The position numbers and the translations under genes were made by a program. From the IMG/VR virus record IMGVR_UViG_3300003375_000013, positions 64,001 through 128,000 of that record: a stretch of 64,000 nucleotides of DNA. One strand, 5' to 3'. Positions within the stretch are counted from its first letter, which is position 1; every line of letters starts with the position of its first letter. This document shows, piece after piece, positions 6,687-15,981 of the stretch. A model generated the notes under the pieces. It made no database searches and was not told the origin of the DNA. It saw nothing but the letters and a program-made list of their open reading frames with translations. This DNA comes from a virus.

Positions 6687-6769
6687 TTATTATATTGAAG
6701 CACATTTAAGTAGGCATGCCAACGCTAGGTCTTATCGGACATAGCCAGAGTGTGTTTCAATATAATAAT
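6686..6769 (+). ncRNA. Unclassified long-stem structured RNA between tRNA-Lys and tRNA-Arg
   Basis: About 22-bp stem 6686-6707/6748-6769 with 3 G-U pairs; internal hairpin GCTA-G-GTC-TTATCG-GAC-A-TAGC. Confidence 0.55.
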
Positions 6770-6844
6770 CCGGCCATAGTTAAATGGATATAACTAGGGA
6801 TTTCTACTCCCTTATTGTGGGTTCGATTCCTGCTGGCCGGACCA
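6770..6844 (+). tRNA. tRNA-Arg(TCT)
   Basis: AGGGA-TTTCTAC-TCCCT; CCA. Confidence 0.9.
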
Positions 6845-6845
6845 T

Positions 6846-6922
6846 GGCGATGTAGCTCAGTTGGTTAGAGCAGGTGACTCATATTCACAAGGTCGGTGGT
6901 TCGAATCCACTCTTCGCTACCA
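6846..6922 (+). tRNA. tRNA-CAT (elongator Met or Ile2)
   Basis: GGTGA-CTCATAT-TCACA; body resembles bacterial Ile2; CCA. Confidence 0.85.
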
Positions 6923-6947
6923 AATAACATCGTACATAAATAAAGTA

Positions 6948-7916
6948 ATGCGATTATATGAAATACAACAAAATATTGAAGAATCTATCAACTTAACTAG
7001 ATATCTGCCCGAGGTTGAAGATGCCATTAAAAAAGGTATTTTAGCTTCCATGGATTCGCTTATAAATGTAAAAATAACACCTAATGTACAAGCTAACATT
7101 GATGAAACTGGAAAATTTGGAGCAGTTAGATCACGAGTTAAATTAGTATCTAAAATGAAAAAACATTGTTCTGCTAATCTGCAAAACGTTGCCAGTAGTA
7201 TTATGAACATGCCAAACATTATTGTTTATTTTGATAAAATGAAGAAAAATAATGGAGAATGGTATAGCGACAATTCTTCTATAGCGATAAACATCAAATA
7301 TCTTAATGATATTAAAAATAGAATATGGGCCAATTGGTCAGCACAAATAATTAAATATAATGAAGGCGACACACTTGATTATTTAGAAACTGCCGAATCA
7401 ATTATAGATGAATTTAAAAGATATACTTTTACTCCCGCGGTAAGCGCAGTTGTGACTAATATTGCCGGTGTGTTTATTCATGAAATGGTACATGCCATGC
7501 AAGACAAAGCTGCTGCTGCAAAAGGAATGAATACAGATAAGGCATATCGTAGTTACCTAACAAATAAAGAAACGTTTGATAAATCAATAGAAGATTACAA
7601 AAAAGCTGGGTTTACGGAGAAAGAAGCATATAGATTTTATAGAGGTAGTCCTCAAGAAATTGCAGCGTTTGCTAATCAAGAAGCAGCAAAATTTATTAAA
7701 TCTAAAAAATTAGATCAACCAGGTGTTCAAGCAACACCACAAAGGTTGTCTGAATTACAGACTCAGTTGAAATATTTGAATGATATTTTTAAAGATACCA
7801 ACAATACAACAGAAATCAAAATTATACGACGATACACAACATTAATGTATAAAGCAGTCATGGATTATGTTGAAAGAAAAAATGAGTTAGCACAAGCAAA
7901 GCAAAACACACGATAA
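6948..7916 (+). CDS. Putative virion-packaged zinc metalloprotease-like protein
   Basis: Start moved to ATG 6948 (ATAAATA 5 nt upstream); MRLYEIQQNIEES; FIHEMVHAMQD and YRGSPQEIAAF. Confidence 0.6.
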   Translation: MRLYEIQQNIEESINLTRYLPEVEDAIKKGILASMDSLINVKITPNVQANIDETGKFGAVRSRVKLVSKMKKHCSANLQNVASSIMNMPNIIVYFDKMKKNNGEWYSDNSSIAINIKYLNDIKNRIWANWSAQIIKYNEGDTLDYLETAESIIDEFKRYTFTPAVSAVVTNIAGVFIHEMVHAMQDKAAAAKGMNTDKAYRSYLTNKETFDKSIEDYKKAGFTEKEAYRFYRGSPQEIAAFANQEAAKFIKSKKLDQPGVQATPQRLSELQTQLKYLNDIFKDTNNTTEIKIIRRYTTLMYKAVMDYVERKNELAQAKQNTR

Positions 7917-7934
7917 TACATAAGTCAATACTAT

Positions 7935-7987
7935 AAGCAACCAAAAGTAATATTTTGGTTGCTTTTTTATTTGGCTTATGTTATAAT
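7935..7987 (+). terminator. Intrinsic terminator overlapping a sigma70 promoter
   Basis: 12-bp hairpin AAGCAACCAAAA/TTTTGGTTGCTT plus T tract; TTGCTT(7959)-17-TATAAT(7982). Confidence 0.8.
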
Positions 7988-8012
7988 ATATTTTTATATA
8001 AAGGAGAATAAT

Positions 8013-8618
8013 ATGCCATCAGTATTTCTGGTAAGTGATACACATTTTGGACACAAAGGTGTCTGCCATTTTATGCGTAAAGATGGTGAGACCAAGCTTC
8101 GTCCATGGGATACTGCCGAGGAAATGGATGAAGAAATGGTTAAGCGGTGGAACGATACTGTTCGGCCAAATGACAAAGTGTATCATCTTGGTGATGTGGT
8201 TATTAACCGCAAGGCGCTTGGTATTATGCAACGTCTTAATGGAGACAAAGTTTTAATTCGTGGTAATCATGATATCTTCCGTGACGACGAATATCGAGAG
8301 CATTTTCGTGAGCTTCGTGCGTATCATGTCATGAACGGAATGATTCTTAGTCATATTCCCCTTCACTCTGCCAGTATGGGACGATTCGGAGTTAATATTC
8401 ACGGACATCTTCATTCTGATCGTGTTATGAAACCTTCTGGGGTTAATAATAAGACTGGTGAGATTGTATACAGTGAAACAGAGATTGATAATAGATATCA
8501 TTGTGTTTGCGTAGAACAAACTGACTTTGCACCAATATTGTTTGAAGATGTAATCAAACGGATTGAGGAAGAAGGCGGCGCTGTTGGTTTCAAAAACGGC
8601 AACGGCCCCTCGATGTAG
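8013..8618 (+). CDS. Calcineurin-like metallophosphoesterase
   Basis: SDTHFGH, HLGDV, RGNHD, NIHGHLH motifs; AAGGAG SD before ATG 8013. Confidence 0.9.
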   Translation: MPSVFLVSDTHFGHKGVCHFMRKDGETKLRPWDTAEEMDEEMVKRWNDTVRPNDKVYHLGDVVINRKALGIMQRLNGDKVLIRGNHDIFRDDEYREHFRELRAYHVMNGMILSHIPLHSASMGRFGVNIHGHLHSDRVMKPSGVNNKTGEIVYSETEIDNRYHCVCVEQTDFAPILFEDVIKRIEEEGGAVGFKNGNGPSM

Positions 8619-8632
8619 TCATAAATAAAATT

Positions 8633-9253
8633 ATGATTATAACGTGCGGGCCCGTTAGTAACCAACGTACCCTTAAATTAAAACTTCCCGAAGAACGAAC
8701 TAAAATAGCAGTCCTTATCAGTGGTGGCATAGATAGTGCTATACTGTATTACTTAATGTTGCTGGAAAATAAAAACACAGGATATAGGCATGACATAAGA
8801 CCTATATCTATAATGCGACAAGAAGGATCTGAATACTTTAGTAAGTTGGTAGTGGCAAACATGAATGAGAAGTTTAATCTAATCAAACAGGATGCTATTA
8901 TAGTTGGAAATCCTTCTTTGCCAGAAGATCAGCAGGTTAAGTCAGGTGTAAATCATGCTTATAACTTGGGGTTTGATCTAACATACTGTGGCGTGATTGA
9001 ACAACAGCCTGAACACATGATAGGTTGGGTTCAACCCGAAGCTAAAGAAACTAAACGATTCAAAACACCGCTAAAAGATCTAAACAAAATACATATAATA
9101 GATCTTGTTATACAATGTAAACAAGAGGACTTGTTTTACATTACCCATACTTGCAACAAATTTAAAGTAGGTCGTTGCCACAAATGTAATGGGTGTAACG
9201 AACGAGCATGGGGATTTTCACAACTAGGATTACCAGATCCTGGTACTATATAA
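8633..9253 (+). CDS. QueC-like PP-loop ATPase
   Basis: ISGGIDS PP-loop; C-terminal THTC...CHKCNGCNER Zn motif; ATAAATA 5 nt upstream. Confidence 0.7.
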   Translation: MIITCGPVSNQRTLKLKLPEERTKIAVLISGGIDSAILYYLMLLENKNTGYRHDIRPISIMRQEGSEYFSKLVVANMNEKFNLIKQDAIIVGNPSLPEDQQVKSGVNHAYNLGFDLTYCGVIEQQPEHMIGWVQPEAKETKRFKTPLKDLNKIHIIDLVIQCKQEDLFYITHTCNKFKVGRCHKCNGCNERAWGFSQLGLPDPGTI

Positions 9254-9791
9254 ACAAGTGTTGGAATTTGGCAATAGCATCTTCCCATGTTATTTTACCA
9301 TATCTACAACGCAAGCTAAAAGCATATCTACCATTAAATCCTGATGGACGATGAGGTATTTCCGCATTAGTTAAATACGCCCCCGGTAAAGTCGTATAGA
9401 TTTTAACGGGATTTTTTTTAGCTATACAAAGTATACGACTACTACCTATGGTATCACCCTCTTCAACCTGTTCATCTACGTCATCTGGAAGCCAGTATTC
9501 CATAGTTCCATATCCATTATAAATCCAGTTAATACCCCATACTCTGCGACCGTCAACGTGTATAACACCTGTGTGATTATTTTTGTAAAAAAAATTAATA
9601 AAATCCCATTCAATGCCAGCCCAATTCAACCATTCAGGTTTAAGTACTTCTTTTGGATGATATTGTTTATACATTGATATTTGCTCACCAACTAATATCT
9701 CAGCTTTTCCCTCATCAGTCAGTATTTCATCTAACGATGGCAAATCTAGTTTATACATATATTCTGGACTTATTGCCATGGCATTTTCCAT
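9246..9791 (-). CDS. 2OG-Fe(II)/cupin-like oxygenase
   Basis: IHVD...IPHRP...RYAFSLR. Confidence 0.6.
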   Translation of the reverse strand: MENAMAISPEYMYKLDLPSLDEILTDEGKAEILVGEQISMYKQYHPKEVLKPEWLNWAGIEWDFINFFYKNNHTGVIHVDGRRVWGINWIYNGYGTMEYWLPDDVDEQVEEGDTIGSSRILCIAKKNPVKIYTTLPGAYLTNAEIPHRPSGFNGRYAFSLRCRYGKITWEDAIAKFQHLFI

Positions 9792-10546
9792 TTAGTGGGA
9801 GGAACAGCAGGGGTAAACTCAACCGGGGTGAAATCCCATTCTTCTATGTTACTAAGATAATTTATAACTTCATACTTTGACTCTATGATTATTTTAGAAA
9901 TGCCCTCAGCTAACTTTATATTATTATGTTCACTAAAGTGATTACTTCTCATATCTGGACCAAAATGGCCTTGGGATGGATCACCAGTGTGTGGCATCAA
10001 TTCTTTTTGCGATGCCTTAAACAGTGATGTTAGTTCTGATGAAATTTGTAAGATACATGAATTATGTGTAGGAACATGATCATAATCATCAAAACAATTT
10101 ATATGGATTAATTTATAAAAATTATCTGACATGAGATTTAGCTCATTGATCCAGGATGCTTTAGCCCATTTGTAAAATTCAGGTACATACAAGTCAGATT
10201 GATAAAAATCTTTTACTAATGCGTGTAATTTGCCGCTTGGATCAAGATGTTTTATATCTGATTTGTCTGAATTAACTTCTGCTCTTATTAAACCCGGGTT
10301 AATAGGAAAATCTAACATGGAAGGCAATCTACTAAAATTCGTGTGACACACAATAACTAAAGTTTGTTTATCAAGAATAGAATTATTTTCAAGTAACCAT
10401 CTTCGTGTAGTCCACCAGGGTCTGCCACCATAACCTACGCCAAACAATGGCATCTCTAATTTATTTGCCAAATATAAAGGCCAATCAGTGGGTTTATATC
10501 TCTCTGAACAAAAACTATCTCCAACTATGACTAATTTATTAAACAT
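9770..10546 (-). CDS. SGNH/GDSL-like protein
   Basis: IVGDSF block I; C-terminal RSNHFS. Confidence 0.55.
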   Translation of the reverse strand: MFNKLVIVGDSFCSERYKPTDWPLYLANKLEMPLFGVGYGGRPWWTTRRWLLENNSILDKQTLVIVCHTNFSRLPSMLDFPINPGLIRAEVNSDKSDIKHLDPSGKLHALVKDFYQSDLYVPEFYKWAKASWINELNLMSDNFYKLIHINCFDDYDHVPTHNSCILQISSELTSLFKASQKELMPHTGDPSQGHFGPDMRSNHFSEHNNIKLAEGISKIIIESKYEVINYLSNIEEWDFTPVEFTPAVPPTKWKMPWQ

Positions 10547-10549
10547 GTT

Positions 10550-11119
10550 TTATTGCTTAATGTAATTTTTAAAAATTTCATATACATTGTCAAAAGTTGG
10601 TCGACCAAGTTGATCTGTATATCCAAAAATTATACTAACACAAAATCGCTCAGTAAGATTGTTGTTATTAATACTGTGAGGTATTCCCACCTGCACTAAA
10701 GTAGGTTGTCCTACTTTTTGACTATGCAATAATGTAACGTCATCTGATGAATAATGTATAGCATAAGTTGAAATAGAAGTTTTATGAGAAGAGCCCAAGC
10801 AATTCTCTTTTATGGCGTACCAACACATAGTACTGCCTTCACCTCCAAATACCCAATTTAGTTTAACGTAATCACCTGGCTTTTGGGTGTCTATGTGTAT
10901 ATAACTGTTTACTCCAACTGGCCTGTAAAAAACTTCAACAAATTTAATATCTAATCCATTACTTGTAAAGAAATTAACAATATCATCATTTAATAGTTCA
11001 TTATTAATTATAAAATGTCTTGCCGAAGTCGGGTTGTTTATTTTTAAAAATTCAATAATATCGATTGTAGATTTAAACAATGGAATTGGTAATTCAAGAT
11101 CAGCGCAATATTTTGTCAT
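10550..11119 (-). CDS. 2OG-Fe(II)/cupin-like oxygenase
   Basis: IHID...IPHSINN...ERFCVSI. Confidence 0.65.
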   Translation of the reverse strand: MTKYCADLELPIPLFKSTIDIIEFLKINNPTSARHFIINNELLNDDIVNFFTSNGLDIKFVEVFYRPVGVNSYIHIDTQKPGDYVKLNWVFGGEGSTMCWYAIKENCLGSSHKTSISTYAIHYSSDDVTLLHSQKVGQPTLVQVGIPHSINNNNLTERFCVSIIFGYTDQLGRPTFDNVYEIFKNYIKQ

Positions 11120-11120
11120 A

Positions 11121-11690
11121 TTATTTAAAAGTAATAGGAAAAGGAATCACACTAGATGAAAAATCTTCCCAACTCCAGGGTGATATTCTAATACTAAGGG
11201 CAATCTGTGCTGTATCACTTTCATTCCTAAGAGCATGCCAAGTGCCAATATCAGTTATCATAGTTCTATCTGCGGTAACTGTTTCTATTTCTCTGGCAGC
11301 ACTGTATGGCAACATAGGAATAGTTTGCCACATATCTTTTTCACCGTAATAAAATATTTTTGAAGAATCTGTGCATTCAAACCATGACCAATGTAACTTA
11401 TCACAGCTAGACAATGGCAAAAATACTGCTTGTCCTAGTTTTCCAAGATCCTTGGTTTCTTTTGGCTTGTCTGAATGTATCCACAATTTTTTATTTGGTG
11501 GTATATATACTAGCATTATCTTATACCCAGAATCTTGGCTTAGTTCAATATTTAACAATTTAATTATCATTTCTTGAGTAGATTTATCTAATGCCTGCAC
11601 TTTTTCAAGATTAGGATCAGATATCGTAATAATATCCAAAATTTGTGACACAGGAATAGTTGGCCAGAATATCGGCATGTAATTACTCAT
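11121..11690 (-). CDS. 2OG-Fe(II)/cupin-like oxygenase
   Basis: IHSD...TWHALRN...IALSIR; TAAATA 4 nt upstream of ATG. Confidence 0.65.
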   Translation of the reverse strand: MSNYMPIFWPTIPVSQILDIITISDPNLEKVQALDKSTQEMIIKLLNIELSQDSGYKIMLVYIPPNKKLWIHSDKPKETKDLGKLGQAVFLPLSSCDKLHWSWFECTDSSKIFYYGEKDMWQTIPMLPYSAAREIETVTADRTMITDIGTWHALRNESDTAQIALSIRISPWSWEDFSSSVIPFPITFK

Positions 11691-11747
11691 GTGGTATTTA
11701 TTATACGTAAAAATTACAAGTATAAATATTTTATCAAGGTGAAATCA

Positions 11748-12359
11748 ATGGATAACATAATGTTTGCCGAAGTAAATTTTCCTTTACTAGACAAATCCAC
11801 CGCAGCAAAAGAAATCTTAGCTATTCCTGAAAAATTTAGTTTTTGGGACGAATATCGCAATACACTAATGATACCTTTAATGAGTAAAGGCGGAATGATG
11901 GCATCCAATAGCATTCCGGGTGAGTTTAAATGGAATGACCATGCTCCTAAAATTATCGTCGATTGGTTTGATGAATATATATTTCCGTGGATGGGTACAA
12001 AAGCTAGAGTCATGGCGTTGATTACACAACCAAATTTTTCAAACTATGAACATATAGACTGTGATCCACATGAGCTAAACACTAGACAACATAAATTTAG
12101 AATTGTACTGCAAGGCAAAACTGACACACTTTACTTTATAACCGACAAAGGAAATATCTTTGCTCCTACAGTAGACGGGGCATTTATCATGGATGGAGGC
12201 TGGCCGCATGGCATGGTCAATACTACCAATGAGGTTAAAGTTACATTAGCTTTAGGTGCTCCTTGGACTGGAAATGATAGCTACGATAATATCAATTTAC
12301 TACTGGATCGTTCCATTCATACTATGCCAGATGATCTTAGCAGCTATTGGAAAAAATGA
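11748..12359 (+). CDS. AspH-like 2OG-Fe(II) oxygenase
   Basis: EHIDCD...WPHGMVN; TATAAATA at 11721-11728. Confidence 0.7.
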   Translation: MDNIMFAEVNFPLLDKSTAAKEILAIPEKFSFWDEYRNTLMIPLMSKGGMMASNSIPGEFKWNDHAPKIIVDWFDEYIFPWMGTKARVMALITQPNFSNYEHIDCDPHELNTRQHKFRIVLQGKTDTLYFITDKGNIFAPTVDGAFIMDGGWPHGMVNTTNEVKVTLALGAPWTGNDSYDNINLLLDRSIHTMPDDLSSYWKK

Positions 12360-12988
12360 GTAACTTTTATCACAAAACAGAATTTAAGTTTAGTAACGCA
12401 GCAATAACTTGGATATTACATAGATATCAGCACAGGTACAACGACATCTTTTTTCATGATCTAGACATCACCCAAAGTGATCCTAAAAGTCAAGCAGAGT
12501 GGCATTCAAATTTGCCAGGTAGAGAATTAAAATCATTTTTATCAGGATATAATTGTGATACTAGCTACTACGGCGTAAATGTATTTCTTAGTAATACAAA
12601 AGAGTTAGTTAGAGGTAATCCGCATATTGATGCTAAATTTAGCAACGGTGATATTTTTAAAATTAAATCTAGATTCAATGTAATGGTGTTGGGTAATCCC
12701 GAAGATAACATGGTATGGTGGGATACAATGCGATGGGGTGATGAAAAATTAATTGATCATCCATTTACTACTATCACTGGAAAGTCCTATGTTAGTAAAG
12801 CTATTCCAGGCACTACACCTGATGAACGATGGAAATTCCTAGGTAAACCAACCAAAGAAGTTACCAATCTATTAACACCAAGTGCTTTTGTACGCACTGA
12901 TTGCGCTCATACAATTTACACAAGTGGGCAGCCTAGATTAATAGTTACAGTGGCATTAGATAAAACATTAGAGGAAATATTAGCATGA
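12356..12988 (+). CDS. 2OG-Fe(II)/cupin-like oxygenase
   Basis: PHID...AHTI...RLIVTV; ATGA overlap with previous gene. Confidence 0.6.
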   Translation: MSNFYHKTEFKFSNAAITWILHRYQHRYNDIFFHDLDITQSDPKSQAEWHSNLPGRELKSFLSGYNCDTSYYGVNVFLSNTKELVRGNPHIDAKFSNGDIFKIKSRFNVMVLGNPEDNMVWWDTMRWGDEKLIDHPFTTITGKSYVSKAIPGTTPDERWKFLGKPTKEVTNLLTPSAFVRTDCAHTIYTSGQPRLIVTVALDKTLEEILA

Positions 12989-14112
12989 TCACAACCAAAT
13001 ACGGTTACTGGGTTGTAAACGGATTACCATTCGACAAAAAAATAGAAGCGGTGCGATATGCTTCGCAACATAATGCCTATATACATTTTTATTACCATGA
13101 TAAAGCATGGAATGCGTATTTTGCCACGATGGATCGTACATCATTGGGTAAAAGAAGTTTGGCTCAGCTATATAAGGAACGGGCAGAACAATTAAGAGAC
13201 AAATATGATTATTTGGTCTTATACTACAGCGGCGGCACAGATAGCCACAATATACTTCGCACATTCATTGACAATGATATTAAATTAGATGAGGTCAACA
13301 TAAAATGGCCAAAGGCATTAAGGGACGGTAAGTTATATACACCAGATCCGCATGACACAAGTGCTTTCAATTTTGTAAGTGAATGGGATTATGCTATTAA
13401 GCCTATGTTAGAGTATCTTAAGCAGCATCACCCTGAGGTAAAAATTACATTTTCCGATTATACAGAGCAACTAGATAACAAAGCTATGGAAAATATAATA
13501 GAAGAATCTAATCACTATCGCAACGGAGCAATTTTATACAGCTATTGCTATAGTGATATTTGTCTTACAAAACCCAGCGTTGGTCATATCTATGGAATTG
13601 ATAAGCCACTATTGATACGAGTTGATAAAACAATTAGAATGATATTCACAGATATGCCTACTACATTGTTTACGCCGCCTAATCATGATCCAGATTCATT
13701 AGAATTTTTCTATTGGTCACCTGATATGCCAGCATTGACTGTTGAAATGGCATATCAGATGTCTAATTATTTTATAGAGAATCCTGATACCATTAAATAC
13801 CTATGGGCAAATGACAATATTGAACATTACGACTTAATCCGTGATTTTCAACACAATATTGCCATAAAAACTTGCTATACTACATGGAACTATAGATTTC
13901 AAGTAGTGAGACCTAATCTAGCAGTAAATGGAAATGACAAATGGAAATGGTTTGCTGAACACAAAGAATTTTCATCGGTATTAGATTGTCTTTCCGAAAA
14001 TCGTAAATCTATGTTTGCCGGAGTCTCGGATCAATATCTGCTAAGAGGAGGCAAGCATGGAGACGGAATGAAAACTTGCTATTCAACTGGATATTATCTT
14101 AGGGACATATGA
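12985..14112 (+). CDS. PP-loop (adenine nucleotide alpha-hydrolase superfamily) protein
   Basis: LYYSGGTDSHNIL motif. Confidence 0.7.
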   Translation: MITTKYGYWVVNGLPFDKKIEAVRYASQHNAYIHFYYHDKAWNAYFATMDRTSLGKRSLAQLYKERAEQLRDKYDYLVLYYSGGTDSHNILRTFIDNDIKLDEVNIKWPKALRDGKLYTPDPHDTSAFNFVSEWDYAIKPMLEYLKQHHPEVKITFSDYTEQLDNKAMENIIEESNHYRNGAILYSYCYSDICLTKPSVGHIYGIDKPLLIRVDKTIRMIFTDMPTTLFTPPNHDPDSLEFFYWSPDMPALTVEMAYQMSNYFIENPDTIKYLWANDNIEHYDLIRDFQHNIAIKTCYTTWNYRFQVVRPNLAVNGNDKWKWFAEHKEFSSVLDCLSENRKSMFAGVSDQYLLRGGKHGDGMKTCYSTGYYLRDI

Positions 14113-14996
14113 AATTTATTAAAACTTTTTTACTTACATTACTATTGTTTTGTAACACTGCATTTGCAGAACGAGCTACCTTGATGATAATGTATCCACC
14201 AGGCGGTCCTATGGACATTGCATCTAGACATTTTCAGAAATACATTAAAGATAAACATGACATTGATTTAACATTTGTATATAAGCCAGGAGCATTAACT
14301 CTAATAGGCTCACAAGAACTTGCTAAATCACCAAAGAATGGGTCTGTGCTAGGAGCTGTGAATATCTCTGATCAAGCGTATGTCATAACAAAAAACTTAT
14401 CATTTGAATATGTGGGTCCTATGAAAAAAGCACCTGGTGTATTAGTGATTAGATCAGATTTAGGCATAGATAGCTACGACAAATTTGTCAGCGAATTAAA
14501 CAAAGGTACTGTATTTAAAATAGGAACTCATACACATAACGTAAACATTCATATGCATGAGATATTTGAAAAAACAAATCCTAAATCTAAACAGACCATG
14601 GTACCATACAATGGAACACCATCTATGTTGAAAGATTTATTAGGTGGGCATATTGATATAATACTAATACCCATGGTAATAGTTCAAGAATATGTTAAGC
14701 TAGGCAAGCTAACTGTATTGGCATCTACATCTAAAATAGATCGATTACCAACAATTATAAATTTATCAGAACGATATGATTTCGTAGATGTATCTGGCTT
14801 CAGTTTGTCATTGCCACCAGGAACTCCAGCTGACATAGTAAATAAATGGAAAGCTCTACTTAAAGAATACGTCAATGACAAAGAAGTACAGAAAGAATTT
14901 ATTAATGACTATGCAAATGCAATGCTGGAAGGTCCTGAATACATAATAAAGGTCATGAACTACATCAATAATTTAAATTTACCAATGAATGAATAA
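14109..14996 (+). CDS. Tripartite tricarboxylate transporter substrate-binding protein (TctC/Bug family)
   Basis: Signal peptide; YPPGGPMD, YKPGA, VPYNG...DLLGGHID, PPGTPADIV motifs. Confidence 0.85.
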   Translation: MKFIKTFLLTLLLFCNTAFAERATLMIMYPPGGPMDIASRHFQKYIKDKHDIDLTFVYKPGALTLIGSQELAKSPKNGSVLGAVNISDQAYVITKNLSFEYVGPMKKAPGVLVIRSDLGIDSYDKFVSELNKGTVFKIGTHTHNVNIHMHEIFEKTNPKSKQTMVPYNGTPSMLKDLLGGHIDIILIPMVIVQEYVKLGKLTVLASTSKIDRLPTIINLSERYDFVDVSGFSLSLPPGTPADIVNKWKALLKEYVNDKEVQKEFINDYANAMLEGPEYIIKVMNYINNLNLPMNE

Positions 14997-15046
14997 ATTT
15001 TTACATACGATATGTGTGCAATAAGTAATTACAACAAGGAAATAAA

Positions 15047-15259
15047 ATGGCAGCAGTAGGCAATCAACGTAATCAAATAGCAGATCCAATGAAAACTAAA
15101 ACCGGCAAGGCTCGGTTAGGTCCATTGGGCATACGTCAGTTAGAAGAATTATTAAGTAAGTCTAGTCGTCCCAAAGACAAAGCTAAAATTAAAAATCGTA
15201 TTCGTATCGTTAAATCTCGTAAAGAGTTCGTCGAAGCAGTACCTGTAGTTTCCTCGTAA
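15047..15259 (+). CDS. Small basic hypothetical protein
   Basis: ORF with AAGGA SD; K/R-rich. Confidence 0.7.
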   Translation: MAAVGNQRNQIADPMKTKTGKARLGPLGIRQLEELLSKSSRPKDKAKIKNRIRIVKSRKEFVEAVPVVSS

Positions 15260-15274
15260 GAGGTGGTGGAGCCG

Positions 15275-15320
15275 GCAGAGTCAATTAATAGTTGACTCTG
15301 CTTTTATTTTGTAGTATAAT
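15275..15320 (+). terminator. Intrinsic terminator overlapping a sigma70 promoter
   Basis: GCAGAGTCAA/TTGACTCTGC hairpin plus T tract; TTGACT(15292)-17-TATAAT(15315). Confidence 0.8.
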
Positions 15321-15336
15321 AGTACAAGTAGTAAAC

Positions 15337-15410
15337 GCCCCTTTAGTTAAATGGCATAACACTGGTTTTGTAATCCGGGGTCGGCAGTTCGATTCTGTCA
15401 AGGGGCACCA
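15337..15410 (+). tRNA. tRNA-Thr(TGT)
   Basis: CTGGT-TTTGTAA-TCCGG; CCA. Confidence 0.9.
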
Positions 15411-15465
15411 TAATCATAAGTATTTTGTAGGTAGAGCTAAATAGATTTATTAGGAGTTCTACTTT

Positions 15466-15879
15466 ATGAAATATTTTAAATGCTTACACTGTAGTAAAGA
15501 TTGTCTATGGTCACACCGTAAAACAAACAAATACTGTGATACACAATGTCAAGTAGACTATCAAAGGGATTTTCGTATCAAAGAATGGTTAGAAGAAGGT
15601 AAAGATTTTATAGGACAACAAATACCAAAGTGGGTTAGATATGCTCTTACGTCTCGGTATGGTGATAATTGTAGTGTTTGTAAAATTACAGAATATAATA
15701 ATATGCCAATTACTCTTGAAGTAGATCATGTTGATGGTGATCATAAAAATAATAAAATTGAAAATTTAAGATTTATATGCCCAAATTGTCACAGTCAAAC
15801 TTCAACGTATAAGTATAAAAATGCAGGAAATGGAAGGCATAGTAGAAGACAAAGATACGCAGAAGGAAAGAGTTTTTAG
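15466..15879 (+). CDS. HNH endonuclease
   Basis: CSVC...LEVDHVDGDHKNNKIENLRFICPNCH. Confidence 0.9.
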   Translation: MKYFKCLHCSKDCLWSHRKTNKYCDTQCQVDYQRDFRIKEWLEEGKDFIGQQIPKWVRYALTSRYGDNCSVCKITEYNNMPITLEVDHVDGDHKNNKIENLRFICPNCHSQTSTYKYKNAGNGRHSRRQRYAEGKSF

Positions 15880-15888
15880 TAGTACAAT

Positions 15889-15964
15889 TGGCCAGTAGCT
15901 CAGTCGGTAGAGCAAATGTCTGTTAAACATTAGGTCGGTGGATCGTGCCCACCCTGGCCAGCCA
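15889..15964 (+). tRNA. tRNA-Asn(GTT), atypical T loop
   Basis: AATGT-CTGTTAA-ACATT; T loop ATCGTGC; CCA. Confidence 0.92.
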
Positions 15965-15981
15965 AGAACAAAGGATAGTAT

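Noticed and set aside
8633-9253. Complete 7-deazaguanine DNA modification pathway
   Set aside because: Only a QueC-like fold is present; no queD, queE, folE or dpdA in the window, so the gene symbol is withheld
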